Positions 1 to 9,644 of a stretch of DNA of 64,000 nt are shown piece by piece. Positions within the stretch are counted from its first letter, which is position 1. Every line of letters begins with the position of its first letter. Source of the DNA: a virus. The stretch is from positions 32,001 through 96,000 of the IMG/VR virus record IMGVR_UViG_3300021963_000027; one strand, given 5' to 3'. The notes under the pieces are model-generated. The model saw nothing but the letters and a program-made list of their open reading frames with translations. It had not been told where the DNA came from and made no database searches. Made by a program: the position numbers and the translations under genes.

Positions 1-1
1 C

Positions 2-154
2 AAACCACTCTCCAAGCGTAAGAAAGATCGCATTCGTGAAGCTATGCGATTCTTGATTAAGAATCGGAAAGATGCTGGTGGTTTCTTTGGATGTATGGAT
101 GGGTTCGACGATTTGAGTTCTGATATTCGACGAGCATTTTATCAAACAATCTAA
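2..154 (+). CDS. Hypothetical protein, 3' part (runs off the window start)
   Basis: Open frame from base 2 to TAA 152-154. Confidence 0.55.
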   Translation, partial: KPLSKRKKDRIREAMRFLIKNRKDAGGFFGCMDGFDDLSSDIRRAFYQTI

Positions 155-170
155 CAATTTTGGTGGGGAG

Positions 171-476
171 GTGGGATACCATGAGTGTGGTCATTCTGTC
201 ATTGTCTTTTTCATACCCTCCTCACCATCAATTTTCAAATATATGGAACTGATTCCTATAGAATATAAAATAAAACACGATTTCAACGAATACACTTACT
301 ACATCGTGTCGAGAAATACCAATAAAGGGAACCAAAAATGGTTTATCACTATGTATCGTAAAGAAATTTATTTTAATATTGAAGATATGTCTTGGACGTA
401 TTTTGCTTTGGATTGGTGCGGTTTCAACAAACCTGAAGAAGCTTTGGAAGCTTTTGAAAAATATCTTAAAAACTAG
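171..476 (+). CDS. Hypothetical protein
   Basis: ORF track; ends YLKN* inside the repeat motif; start uncertain. Confidence 0.6.
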   Translation: MGYHECGHSVIVFFIPSSPSIFKYMELIPIEYKIKHDFNEYTYYIVSRNTNKGNQKWFITMYRKEIYFNIEDMSWTYFALDWCGFNKPEEALEAFEKYLKN

Positions 477-490
477 AATACAATCGTGTC

Positions 491-757
491 ATGCAGAAAC
501 GTTATTACATGTATCTCCCAATGAATATCGACAAAGAAAAGAATACTCGCTTTGTCGTGGAAACTGATGGCATCCCTCAAAGTGATTTGTTCACTGGTAG
601 AGTCGTCGCTCGTAATTCCAAAGCTTATTTCCATCTTGGTCGTGTAATGAATGAGTGGGTCAATCCCATGGCAGACTTGCGAAATGGTATGCAACCATCT
701 TTTATTCCTATCAGTCTATCAGAGGTCAAAGAGAAATTTGAACAACACATTTTATAA
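491..757 (+). CDS. Hypothetical protein
   Basis: ATG 6 nt after TACAAT of the motif. Confidence 0.75.
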   Translation: MQKRYYMYLPMNIDKEKNTRFVVETDGIPQSDLFTGRVVARNSKAYFHLGRVMNEWVNPMADLRNGMQPSFIPISLSEVKEKFEQHIL

Positions 758-759
758 TT

Positions 760-1038
760 ATGAAAAAAGAAATCGCAGAACTTATTGTTGAAAATAGCTA
801 CGACATGGACATTCGTGAGGATTACAGTGGTCGAGGAATGTTTGGGAATACCACTACTGGTATCGTGTGTGATAGCGAGAAAGATTTTTATAACGCCATT
901 GGTGAACTTTACATGGAAATGATCAAAGATGCTATGATTGAAGCTGAAAATTATGATATGGAGCCAGCACAAGAACTAACAGAAACAATCGGTCGAATTC
1001 GCGTTGATAACATGGGATATCGTTATATTTTTTACTGA
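760..1038 (+). CDS. Hypothetical protein
   Basis: ORF abutting the upstream gene. Confidence 0.75.
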   Translation: MKKEIAELIVENSYDMDIREDYSGRGMFGNTTTGIVCDSEKDFYNAIGELYMEMIKDAMIEAENYDMEPAQELTETIGRIRVDNMGYRYIFY

Positions 1039-1256
1039 TGATAGAAGAACGATCAATATTCATCGAAGAAGGACAAAGCGTATTCTTCCCCAGAGTTGGT
1101 CTTTGTTTTCATAAATCATTTTCGGATAAATTTAAAGGACTGACATTCCCCCAAGCAAGGCGTAAATTGAAGAAGTCTTTCACACATAGTCAGCAAGATC
1201 ACATCATGCACTATCTGAAACAAAAAGGAATCACAATATCACCATTAAAAAACTAG
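1038..1256 (+). CDS. Hypothetical protein
   Basis: TGATG overlap with the upstream gene; ends PLKN* in the motif. Confidence 0.7.
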   Translation: MIEERSIFIEEGQSVFFPRVGLCFHKSFSDKFKGLTFPQARRKLKKSFTHSQQDHIMHYLKQKGITISPLKN

Positions 1257-1299
1257 AATAAAATCGTAGCACAACAACGAACCAACAGAATAACACATT

Positions 1300-2328
1300 A
1301 TGGCACACGAAATTGAAATCGGAACTGATCGGGTAATCACATTTGGCGAACGCGCATGGCATCGTCTCGATGAGAATCACCAGACTCCTCTTACTAAAGA
1401 GATTATCAATCCTTTGTTCATTCCTTATCTGGAAGGGCAAGCTAACGTCAACATCGATGGGGTAGAAGTACCTCTTGAGGGTTGGAAGACTATTGTTGCT
1501 GATCTTCGTAACAGTGACATTGAAGGCGATTTCCGTCCTGTTCATGTTGCGTCTGATCGCTATGAGATTCTCCAAAATGAAGTCTTGTTCGATGCACTGC
1601 AAGAGGCACTGCGTGGAATCAATTACAATATCGTATCTGCTGGCACACTGGCAGGTCTAAAGAACTTCTTCGTATCGGTGGAATTCAATGGAGAATCGAA
1701 TATCAATCTACCTGATGGTAGTGAGTGCAAAGCGTTCTTCTCCCTCTTTACTTCTCATGATGGCACGAAAAATGCTTCCTACTACGATACGACACATCGC
1801 ACTGTTTGCATGAACACTGTTCGTTCTTCTTATCAAGCTCGCGGTAATCAAGGGTTCAACATCGCTCACACCAAAAACGCAAGTGTGCGTATCATGAACA
1901 TGGCTCAAATCTTCAATGATACTCTCCATGGTCGTCGTGTCTTCGAAGAGAATATGGCTGAATTGTATTCCATTGAATGCGATTTGTCCAAAGCAGAACG
2001 ATTCGTTGCTGGTTTCTTGGCAGACAAGACAAAAGCCGAAGAGAAGCTTTCCACACGCTCTTTCAACCAAATGACAGAGATTGTCGCTCTTGCTTGGAAC
2101 GGTGCTGGTAATCGCGGTGGCAATCTGTTCTACCTTGCCCAAGGTGCTACTGAGTATTGGACTCGCGGCAATGGCACTGGTGGTGCAAACAAAGACCTCG
2201 GACGCAAAGCATTCTCTTCTGAGTTCGGTCTTGGCATGGATAACAAGTGCAATTTCCTCTCTGCTCTTAGCAATCCATCGCAACGTGAGAAATTCATCAA
2301 GCGGGGAGATTTGGTTCTTAGCAACTGA
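1300..2328 (+). CDS. DUF932-family phage/plasmid protein (TIGR03299-like)
   Basis: MAHEIE...AWHRL N-terminus; Y-x-I-LQN, SHDG and RTVCMNT motifs typical of the family. Confidence 0.8.
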   Translation: MAHEIEIGTDRVITFGERAWHRLDENHQTPLTKEIINPLFIPYLEGQANVNIDGVEVPLEGWKTIVADLRNSDIEGDFRPVHVASDRYEILQNEVLFDALQEALRGINYNIVSAGTLAGLKNFFVSVEFNGESNINLPDGSECKAFFSLFTSHDGTKNASYYDTTHRTVCMNTVRSSYQARGNQGFNIAHTKNASVRIMNMAQIFNDTLHGRRVFEENMAELYSIECDLSKAERFVAGFLADKTKAEEKLSTRSFNQMTEIVALAWNGAGNRGGNLFYLAQGATEYWTRGNGTGGANKDLGRKAFSSEFGLGMDNKCNFLSALSNPSQREKFIKRGDLVLSN

Positions 2329-2385
2329 TCCCTACGCCCCCCCCCCCCTCCCTCCCTAATTAAAAAACTAGAATAAAATAATCGC

Positions 2386-2778
2386 ATGAATGAATCACGA
2401 ATGTATTTCTTTGTCATGAGACAATTAAACGGTTTAAATAAAGGAATCCAAGCAGGTCACGCAGCAATCGAATATCAACTGGAACACGGTAATAAAAAAG
2501 TTTATAAGGACTTTGCAAAATATCACAAGACATTCATCATCTTGGATGGTGGTGGGTCAAAAGATATGGAATCGCGCCTGACTGAATTGGAATATTTCAA
2601 AGTTGATCATGCACCATTTTATGAGCCTGATCTGAACAATTCTTTGAGCGCAATCGCTTTTATTGTTCCTGAAAGTATCTATGGTATGGATATTAAAACA
2701 ATCGATGATCCTATCTTTGTTACCAGAAATGAAGAATTCGCACGGTATCTCAAATCTTTCAAATTAGCAAGTAATTAA
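2386..2778 (+). CDS. Peptidyl-tRNA hydrolase PTH2-like protein
   Basis: MYFFV...KGIQAGHAA...KTFIILDGG...FYEPDLNNSLSAIAF matches the PTH2-like pattern seen in T4-like phages. Confidence 0.7.
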   Translation: MNESRMYFFVMRQLNGLNKGIQAGHAAIEYQLEHGNKKVYKDFAKYHKTFIILDGGGSKDMESRLTELEYFKVDHAPFYEPDLNNSLSAIAFIVPESIYGMDIKTIDDPIFVTRNEEFARYLKSFKLASN

Positions 2779-2803
2779 AAAACTAGAATACAATAATCAC
2801 ATC

Positions 2804-3298
2804 ATGAAAATTACAACAAACATTCAGTCATTGACTGCCACAGACACCATTTCTAACTTCTTCAAAGGGAAAGGTCAATTCATGCGAGCAGCATGGAAAA
2901 GTAATCCGAAACCAGCAGCAGCGTTTAAAGGTGTTGTTTTGGAAAAACGCACCACCACTATCGTTCGCTCTGGATTGGAATTCCAAAATCTTTCGAGTGT
3001 TAAAGAAGCTATCGAATCTGGTGAACGTGGAGAAGTTCAAGAGCTTCCTTGGGGTGAATGGGTTTATTATCCTTACCTTATCAAGCACAACGAATCGTAT
3101 TATCTGCGAATGTATCCCACTGATTCTATTCCTATCGTGCGATATTTTGTCGATGATGTTGAAGTCACAAAAGATGTTTTCGCGACATATCTCACACCAT
3201 CGGAAGCTAAGAAATTGCTGAGTGAAGATAAAGAAAAACCCGAATGCTTCACGATCAAAATGGAAAACGTTCTCTCAACTGAGGAATTCATTGGCTAA
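2804..3298 (+). CDS. Hypothetical protein
   Basis: 164 aa ORF after the motif. Confidence 0.8.
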   Translation: MKITTNIQSLTATDTISNFFKGKGQFMRAAWKSNPKPAAAFKGVVLEKRTTTIVRSGLEFQNLSSVKEAIESGERGEVQELPWGEWVYYPYLIKHNESYYLRMYPTDSIPIVRYFVDDVEVTKDVFATYLTPSEAKKLLSEDKEKPECFTIKMENVLSTEEFIG

Positions 3299-3335
3299 TC
3301 AATCCCAAACAAACAACACAAATACACAAATACAC

Positions 3336-3572
3336 ATGAATAACAAACTAAATTGCTGTGCATACAACATCGGTCGTCCACAAAAAACCCATACAGGTTG
3401 GGTAAACAGAGGGGCAACTGAAGTATTGAATGCTAATCGTAAAGGTATCGCCAAACTTCGTCAACGTGGATTCACTTGGGCGCAGATCAACCAATGCCTT
3501 GAGCGTGTCGGTGTTAATGTTGGTTACAATAACCTTTATCAGTGGTCTTTGAATCATTACAATAAACGCTAA
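3336..3572 (+). CDS. Hypothetical protein, possible HTH DNA-binding protein
   Basis: Internal ATG at 3336 of the 3222 ORF; IAKLRQRGFTWAQINQCL resembles an HTH. Confidence 0.55.
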   Translation: MNNKLNCCAYNIGRPQKTHTGWVNRGATEVLNANRKGIAKLRQRGFTWAQINQCLERVGVNVGYNNLYQWSLNHYNKR

Positions 3573-3666
3573 TCTGTAGGACTTGGCTGATTCCCTCTCT
3601 CCCATAGCCAAGGGGACTCATATCAGAGAGGGAATTACTTTTAAAAAACTAGAATAGACTCTTCAC

Positions 3667-3846
3667 ATGCACGTTGCCGAAGCTATCCAACACCTCAAAA
3701 AAGTTCTTCCTTACATTCACACCATCGAGCCGATTGGTAAGAATCTATTCACTGTCAAGTATGCAAGCTACAATGGAATCAGATCGTGGAGATGTCCAAC
3801 TTGCTTTGCGGAACATAGAAAGCGCATAGCCGATCTTAAAAACTAG
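3667..3846 (+). CDS. Small hypothetical protein (59 aa)
   Basis: TAGACT-N6-ATG; ends ADLKN* in the next motif. Confidence 0.65.
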   Translation: MHVAEAIQHLKKVLPYIHTIEPIGKNLFTVKYASYNGIRSWRCPTCFAEHRKRIADLKN

Positions 3847-3860
3847 AATACACTTGAGAC

Positions 3861-4013
3861 ATGATAAAAAGTATATTAGAAATTGAAAAATTGATTGATG
3901 ATGCCAAAGATTGCGGTAGAAATTTTAACGGTATGACATATCTCGAAGGTGTTATAGTTGCTTTGGAATGGGTTCTCGGTAATCTTGAAGATGACGAATC
4001 ACCAATCGAATAA
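3861..4013 (+). CDS. Small hypothetical protein (50 aa)
   Basis: TACACT-tgagac-ATG. Confidence 0.65.
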   Translation: MIKSILEIEKLIDDAKDCGRNFNGMTYLEGVIVALEWVLGNLEDDESPIE

Positions 4014-4019
4014 AATATT

Positions 4020-4259
4020 ATGAAAGACGATCACCCATTTGATGATTTTAAATTTACTATTGATTTCACACCAGAGAATGAAAAGTATCTGAAAAGTAAA
4101 GGTTACGAAAAACGCAATGGTTCTTGTGCATATACGAGAACAGTTCTTACGGTAGTGCCTTTTAAAAAGTGGTATTGGGAAGATGCTTATAAATCTAAAA
4201 TCCATTTAAATATCGAAACAGAAACGATTGTGAAAGCACGTTTGGTAATTAAAAACTAG
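4020..4259 (+). CDS. Hypothetical protein
   Basis: ORF ends VIKN* in the motif. Confidence 0.7.
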   Translation: MKDDHPFDDFKFTIDFTPENEKYLKSKGYEKRNGSCAYTRTVLTVVPFKKWYWEDAYKSKIHLNIETETIVKARLVIKN

Positions 4260-4273
4260 AATACACCCAAATT

Positions 4274-4558
4274 ATGGAAAATATCAAATTTATTAATAAC
4301 GATGAGTGGTCTGGTTGTTTTGTGAATAATAATCACCCACCTTACAAATCAAATCCATTGCATCAATATACCTATACTGGAAGTGTGGAGGGTAATAATA
4401 TTGTATTTTATCAATTATACGAACACACATTTCTCTACGAAGAAATAATGCTTTATAAAATTCTTCGATGGGAACCAATTTCGGTGAAAAGACATTGCGT
4501 GTCAATGCTTCGAAATGTCATCGATGGTTTGAATGCTTGTACAGAATTTAAAAACTAG
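4274..4558 (+). CDS. Hypothetical protein
   Basis: Motif upstream; ends EFKN*. Confidence 0.75.
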   Translation: MENIKFINNDEWSGCFVNNNHPPYKSNPLHQYTYTGSVEGNNIVFYQLYEHTFLYEEIMLYKILRWEPISVKRHCVSMLRNVIDGLNACTEFKN

Positions 4559-4572
4559 AATACACTTGAGAC

Positions 4573-5331
4573 ATGACAAATAACCTTGCTACCATCGCCA
4601 AAGCATTCCGTCACAACACTGGTAAGTCTTTTCTTGACTCTGGTGATCACTATGGTCGTCACTATGAAAAACCTCCCATTACTGATGAGACTCCATTGGT
4701 GTCTATTGATACATGGAGAACGGAAATCACTGCCACAATCGACACTGCTCGCTTTCTGGCTGAAACCTGTAAAGTCGATACTGAACTTCAAAATCAATTT
4801 GATAAGTGGGTTGAACTGGAAGAGAATTCTGAATTGAATTGGTTCGAAGCGGGAGAGACATTTGCTACAGAAGTGTTAGGTCTAACACAATTGGCGAGAG
4901 ACAATACTTACAATGGTGAGAATGATTTATCTCAAACGTATGTTTGGGAAGTCTATGCCGATGAGGATGATGGTGATTGGATTTACAATGACGATGCTCT
5001 GATGGTCGTCTATGCTCACACTGGTTGCGATGTACGCGGTGGTTATGCTTATCCCTTGTTCCTACGATGCCAAGGGGATTATTCGATTCCCATGGATTTG
5101 GTAGCTGAATTTTTCATCACCGATGCTCGTTTGAATGGTGAAGACTTGGAAGACGAAGCATGTCGATCATTGGATGAACAATGGCAATGTGGCTATACTT
5201 CCAATCCTGCTTACCATATGTCCAAGGACATTGAGCGCGTATTTGAATTCACCAAGACAGTGAACACGGTGGTCGTGAAGCTGACAAGCGGTGAGATTGT
5301 CAGAATCATGGCAGGAGCAAGAACATATTAA
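4573..5331 (+). CDS. Hypothetical phage protein (252 aa)
   Basis: TACACT-tgagac-ATG; long ORF. Confidence 0.85.
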   Translation: MTNNLATIAKAFRHNTGKSFLDSGDHYGRHYEKPPITDETPLVSIDTWRTEITATIDTARFLAETCKVDTELQNQFDKWVELEENSELNWFEAGETFATEVLGLTQLARDNTYNGENDLSQTYVWEVYADEDDGDWIYNDDALMVVYAHTGCDVRGGYAYPLFLRCQGDYSIPMDLVAEFFITDARLNGEDLEDEACRSLDEQWQCGYTSNPAYHMSKDIERVFEFTKTVNTVVVKLTSGEIVRIMAGARTY

Positions 5332-5353
5332 AAAACTAGATTAAAATTTGGAC

Positions 5354-5551
5354 ATGATGAAGATCGTCAAACTCGACATGGAGTATGTCAATAAAGGAAC
5401 TCCAATGCATGAACTACCCGTTATCTTTAAAGGTAATTCAAAACAATGTAAGGGTATGTTGTTACGCTATCAATTTGTTAAAGAGAGTAATCTCTATGGA
5501 GGTTACTGGAACGATGAAGAAGGAAACAGTTATTTTATTTTACCCTCATGA
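5354..5551 (+). CDS. Hypothetical protein
   Basis: TAAAAT-ttggac-ATG5354 preferred over the TTG at 5348. Confidence 0.7.
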   Translation: MMKIVKLDMEYVNKGTPMHELPVIFKGNSKQCKGMLLRYQFVKESNLYGGYWNDEEGNSYFILPS

Positions 5552-5802
5552 ATGATCTTACTTTACGTATGAATAATCTTGCACGATATGTGAAATGCCC
5601 GATCTACATTGATTACTATACTCATGATAGTTGTGATTGTTACAAGATCGATGTACCATATACTACATATGCCAAAGAAACACGGGTTTTGTGTCGAGTC
5701 GATGAAGGTATCGAACTGGCAAGACAACGAGCAAAACAAATTTTGTTTAACAGAATTGAAGAATCTCTCACCTTAAATCCAATTGAAAGTTATGAACGAT
5801 GA
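5548..5802 (+). CDS. Hypothetical protein
   Basis: ATGA overlap with the upstream gene. Confidence 0.7.
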   Translation: MNDLTLRMNNLARYVKCPIYIDYYTHDSCDCYKIDVPYTTYAKETRVLCRVDEGIELARQRAKQILFNRIEESLTLNPIESYER

Positions 5803-6007
5803 TGATTTAGATATGTTTCGCGCCATTGCGAACGAATGTGATTATGATGAATGTGTTTTGATCATGGAGGATTGTTTGGAATCTGATTCGGAAATCATGC
5901 GAACATCTGTGTATGAAATCTATAAAAGTAGGCTTAGATATTTGAAGGATTTGGAGGATGAACTTGAATACTACGAATATCTTAGCGAATCAGGAAATTG
6001 GGATTAA
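5792..6007 (+). CDS. Acidic hypothetical protein
   Basis: ATG 5792 in the frame of the 5783 ORF; stop at the motif. Confidence 0.65.
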   Translation: MNDDDLDMFRAIANECDYDECVLIMEDCLESDSEIMRTSVYEIYKSRLRYLKDLEDELEYYEYLSESGNWD

Positions 6008-6028
6008 AAACTAAAACATAATTAAGCC

Positions 6029-6172
6029 ATGAAATACATTCTAACAAAACGCTGCCCTGATGGTCAAATCGTAATTGTGCATCTCGCATCTGAACAGGAA
6101 CTCAAATTTCATCTTACTGGTATGTGGCATCACACCACTGGTTACGAAATCATTTCCATCGTCAAAGCATAA
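6029..6172 (+). CDS. Small hypothetical protein
   Basis: Variant motif CATAAT-taagcc-ATG. Confidence 0.55.
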   Translation: MKYILTKRCPDGQIVIVHLASEQELKFHLTGMWHHTTGYEIISIVKA

Positions 6173-6176
6173 TCCT

Positions 6177-6389
6177 ATGAAAAGACTCACTAAAGAAGAA
6201 ATAGAACGATTTGCCAATGCATCCACAAACAAAGATGCTGTGTGGAATTTCCTTGGCACTGCTCATCACTGTGGTAATTATGTCAATGCGATTGCCAATC
6301 TGTTAGACGATGCGGCACTGTATGGTTGGAACAATTTGACTGTGATGGCAATCTATGAGGGATTGAAATACGCAAATTTAAAAAACTAG
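6177..6389 (+). CDS. Hypothetical protein
   Basis: Internal ATG of the 6075 ORF; ends NLKN*. Confidence 0.65.
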   Translation: MKRLTKEEIERFANASTNKDAVWNFLGTAHHCGNYVNAIANLLDDAALYGWNNLTVMAIYEGLKYANLKN

Positions 6390-6403
6390 AATATACTTGG
6401 GAC

Positions 6404-6604
6404 ATGAACATTACAGCAGAAGCAGGAGAATCGGTGTTTAATTTAGCAAAGAGAGCCATACAAGAAGCAGCATATAAAAACATTGCAATTGGGATGACTC
6501 ATAATGGAGATACTGTATCGGTTTATCCAGAAAGTCATATTCATGATATTCTTGAAAAAATGCATTATCTTCGGGAGTATAAAAGATTAAAAACTAGAGC
6601 ATAA
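6404..6604 (+). CDS. Hypothetical protein
   Basis: TATACT-tgggac-ATG. Confidence 0.75.
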   Translation: MNITAEAGESVFNLAKRAIQEAAYKNIAIGMTHNGDTVSVYPESHIHDILEKMHYLREYKRLKTRA

Positions 6605-6611
6605 TCAGGAT

Positions 6612-6758
6612 ATGATAGTTGAAAACAATCCAATCGATGGTAGTATTCAAATTACTACGATTAAATTCAATCGTCTGATTACCCGAACATACTTCGACTT
6701 CACGCATGACGAAGCAGTTGCGGCATTCGATGAATATCTCAAATCTCTAAAAAAATGA
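6612..6758 (+). CDS. Small hypothetical protein
   Basis: CATAAT-caggat-ATG; ATGA overlap with the next gene. Confidence 0.6.
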   Translation: MIVENNPIDGSIQITTIKFNRLITRTYFDFTHDEAVAAFDEYLKSLKK

Positions 6759-6970
6759 AAATTAAATTTATACCAGCAAAGGAATATCCGAAAGAATCGG
6801 GGCAATATTTATGGAAATCTTGCTTTGGGGATGTTATGCTTGTGAATGTTCGCAAGTTGTCTTCTGAATTTGGCTATGGGGACTGGTTTGGAGTATCTGA
6901 ATTCGGGGGTAAGAATGTTGAGAGATACAATGCGAATCAATTCAGTGAGAAAGTAGAATTTGAACAATGA
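6755..6970 (+). CDS. Hypothetical protein
   Basis: ORF track; overlaps both neighbours by ATGA. Confidence 0.7.
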   Translation: MKIKFIPAKEYPKESGQYLWKSCFGDVMLVNVRKLSSEFGYGDWFGVSEFGGKNVERYNANQFSEKVEFEQ

Positions 6971-7164
6971 AAGACAAATTTACAACCCAAGAAGTGTGGC
7001 GATACGTGGAAGGATTCATGTCTACCCAATCGAATAGTCAAGAGCTATCCATGAATGAAATCCTTGCCATGTTGAAAAATGCGTTGGCATGTATCGAAGA
7101 TGGTGATGATGGTCTTGTTGCTTATCTTGATCGCATGGAATACTACAAAAATTTAAAAAACTAG
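6967..7164 (+). CDS. Hypothetical protein
   Basis: Ends NLKN* in the motif. Confidence 0.7.
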   Translation: MKDKFTTQEVWRYVEGFMSTQSNSQELSMNEILAMLKNALACIEDGDDGLVAYLDRMEYYKNLKN

Positions 7165-7178
7165 ACTACACTTGGGAC

Positions 7179-7727
7179 ATGACAACGACACGAAAAGTAA
7201 TCGAATCAATCGATCTTGAAAAACATGGGAAAGAAGTCCATGGAAATGAGGATCTTTGTAATGTGTTTGGTATCTACGAATACTTACATTTTGATGATAG
7301 AATCAAAATGGTGTTTGTTCGCCCTCATCTTTGCACAGACTCTTGGGTTGGTGTTAGAGCATACTTTCTTGATGGAGAATTCGTAGCAATCTCCACACAA
7401 GTTGGTCGAAAATGGGATGAAGAATTTAAATTCGTTTCCAACGAAGCGGCAATGAAAGTTAAAGATTATGTATTGTCTTTCGTAGAAGAACCTCGATACG
7501 ATATTAGCATTGCTGATGATCTGGATGTCGAAATTGATGATTTTTATACCGTTGAGTATGCTGAACAAATTCTACACAAGCATGGTGTATATCAAGGAGA
7601 ACGTGTTGCAATCAAACGCAAGCATAGAAATTGGAATGATTTGCACACTGCAACAATTATGCTGAATGTGAAAGAATGTGATGTGGATTGTCGCGAAATT
7701 CAATTGGCTTACGTCGATCTTTCTTAA
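7179..7727 (+). CDS. Hypothetical phage protein (182 aa)
   Basis: TACACT-tgggac-ATG. Confidence 0.8.
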   Translation: MTTTRKVIESIDLEKHGKEVHGNEDLCNVFGIYEYLHFDDRIKMVFVRPHLCTDSWVGVRAYFLDGEFVAISTQVGRKWDEEFKFVSNEAAMKVKDYVLSFVEEPRYDISIADDLDVEIDDFYTVEYAEQILHKHGVYQGERVAIKRKHRNWNDLHTATIMLNVKECDVDCREIQLAYVDLS

Positions 7728-7749
7728 AAAACTAGAATATACTTGGGAC

Positions 7750-8091
7750 ATGACAGGACGGGACATGACAGGAGAACAAAATGAATTCATTAACAATCAT
7801 TTCTTCAAAAATTATGATAATCATGGTTGGGATAATATCGCACGGAAGCTTATCAAAGATGGGAAATGTATTGTAGCGGGAAATAGTAAACTTTGGCATG
7901 GTGGTATTGGAAACTTTATCAAATGCGCCCCTGCTGAAAATGCCATTGGTTGTTCTCTATTGACTTTCGATAAAGAATCTTTTTTACAATCAGCATGGTT
8001 CAAAGAACAAGTAGGATACTATCTCAAAGAATTGACACATCAAATTGATTCTTTACAAGATGAGCGATACGCAATCACGAATCTACTTTAA
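7750..8091 (+). CDS. Hypothetical protein
   Basis: TATACT-tgggac-ATG7750 (true start inside the 7678 ORF). Confidence 0.75.
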   Translation: MTGRDMTGEQNEFINNHFFKNYDNHGWDNIARKLIKDGKCIVAGNSKLWHGGIGNFIKCAPAENAIGCSLLTFDKESFLQSAWFKEQVGYYLKELTHQIDSLQDERYAITNLL

Positions 8092-8113
8092 AAAACTAGA
8101 ATATACTTGGGAC

Positions 8114-8284
8114 ATGACGAGAGACGAATTACTACCAATCATTGAAAAGATGGAACAATACGGTGGAAGCTTTGCGAAATCGCTGGCAGTTGCCATGCGT
8201 TATGCTGATTCAAACAATCTTCAACGTATTGTGAATGCCTTCCCCGAAATGATTAAAAGCTACTCAGAATTTTTAAAAAACTAA
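8114..8284 (+). CDS. Small hypothetical protein
   Basis: TATACT-tgggac-ATG8114; ends FLKN*. Confidence 0.75.
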   Translation: MTRDELLPIIEKMEQYGGSFAKSLAVAMRYADSNNLQRIVNAFPEMIKSYSEFLKN

Positions 8285-8298
8285 ATTAGAATAATAAC

Positions 8299-8595
8299 AT
8301 GAACATCGACAACATCGAAAAAGCATTATTTATCAAACAAAGAATTGACAATAACAACATCGCAATTAAAAAAATTGATTCTCTACTCGCGAAATATCCT
8401 AATGGAAACTCCGATGGTAAGTCATTTAATGGAGATGGTAAAATTTACGCTCTTTATTTGGGAGAGTATAAAGATGGTAGTGGAATTTCGATTGAACTTA
8501 CTGGTTCATTGATTCAAACCCAATTATTGGAAAATGCGATGCGATTATTGGAAGCTCAAATCGAAAATGATATCAAAATTATCGAATCTCTATAA
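8299..8595 (+). CDS. Hypothetical protein
   Basis: TAGAAT-aataac-ATG. Confidence 0.75.
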   Translation: MNIDNIEKALFIKQRIDNNNIAIKKIDSLLAKYPNGNSDGKSFNGDGKIYALYLGEYKDGSGISIELTGSLIQTQLLENAMRLLEAQIENDIKIIESL

Positions 8596-8618
8596 AAACT
8601 AGAATACACTAAAAGCAC

Positions 8619-8753
8619 ATGAAATACATATATCGAATCTGGAACTTCTTCTCTCCCCCTGCCACTCCCACCTATGGTTGGAAAATCCTTGAACAACGGT
8701 CTTGGCTTGAAAAACAAGTGCAAGAAGAATTACTGAAACGCCGCGAATACTAA
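8619..8753 (+). CDS. Small hypothetical protein
   Basis: Motif upstream; 44 aa. Confidence 0.5.
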   Translation: MKYIYRIWNFFSPPATPTYGWKILEQRSWLEKQVQEELLKRREY

Positions 8754-8754
8754 T

Positions 8755-9072
8755 ATGACAATCGCTCAACAATTAAAGATTAAAGAATTCCCATTCAGCA
8801 TCAAAGATTCCAAAGGTAATGTGATTTACTTCGAGAACTCCGATGGATATTGGATTAAACGTGAATACGATTCCAATGGTAATCGGATTTACTACGAGGA
8901 CTCTGATGGAGGTTGGATTAAGCGTGAATACGATTCTGATGGTAAAGAGATTTACTACGAATCTTCTTTCGGAACAGTCATTGATAATCGTCCCAAGACA
9001 GAAATCCAGAAAGCAATTGAACTTCTCACGAAAGAAGGGTTGATCGTGGATGGTAAGATTTTAAAAAACTAG
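8755..9072 (+). CDS. 21-aa-repeat family protein, copy A (105 aa)
   Basis: MTIAQQLKIKEFPF N-terminus, YYEDSDGxWIKREYDSxG repeats, DNRPKT...GKILKN* tail. Confidence 0.85.
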   Translation: MTIAQQLKIKEFPFSIKDSKGNVIYFENSDGYWIKREYDSNGNRIYYEDSDGGWIKREYDSDGKEIYYESSFGTVIDNRPKTEIQKAIELLTKEGLIVDGKILKN

Positions 9073-9086
9073 AGTATAATCAACAC

Positions 9087-9278
9087 ATGAACAAACCATA
9101 TTTATATCAGGCAGGTTACTCCCTTGACACCGTAGAGGCTGGAAAATGCCAAATCCGAACCACGGACATTCGTGGGAATACTGTGAAATTGTCAGGCTGG
9201 TTTAAAGATGACAAGGCAGCACAAAAAGAGTTAATACGCCGCCAACGTGAATTTGGCAGCGCATACGGTTGCCGATAA
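9087..9278 (+). CDS. Hypothetical protein
   Basis: TATAAT-caacac-ATG. Confidence 0.7.
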   Translation: MNKPYLYQAGYSLDTVEAGKCQIRTTDIRGNTVKLSGWFKDDKAAQKELIRRQREFGSAYGCR

Positions 9279-9300
9279 AAAACTAGAGTATAATAACGAC

Positions 9301-9528
9301 ATGGTAACTAATGAACATTTGATTCAATGGGCAAAACACAGATGTGCAAGCGAAAATAGTTCTCCTGAATACCAACTATTTGCTGAAATCACCGCACGAT
9401 ATGAAGCGTCTTTAGAAATGTTGGATATTGTTTCTCGACATTGTTTGATGTTTAGTAATGATCGCAAGATTTTCATGGAAAATCTTATAATTTGGGCTAA
9501 AAAATATAATAATATACCAGATGCCTAA
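9301..9528 (+). CDS. Hypothetical protein
   Basis: TATAAT-aacgac-ATG9301 (true start inside the 9247 ORF). Confidence 0.7.
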   Translation: MVTNEHLIQWAKHRCASENSSPEYQLFAEITARYEASLEMLDIVSRHCLMFSNDRKIFMENLIIWAKKYNNIPDA

Positions 9529-9644
9529 GATTAAAGTCTATCTCGATACAAACCAAGCTAAGGGATTCCCAATCTCTGAAAAGAATCGTAAGCGGTCTTT
9601 TTTCACTAGACTTTTACGAAAGATTTGGTAAGTATCATAATAAT

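Noticed and set aside
2329-2357. Poly-C tract as a phase-variation switch
   Set aside because: It is intergenic, lies upstream of the next motif and is outside any reading frame or promoter spacer; homopolymer length may also be a sequencing artefact.
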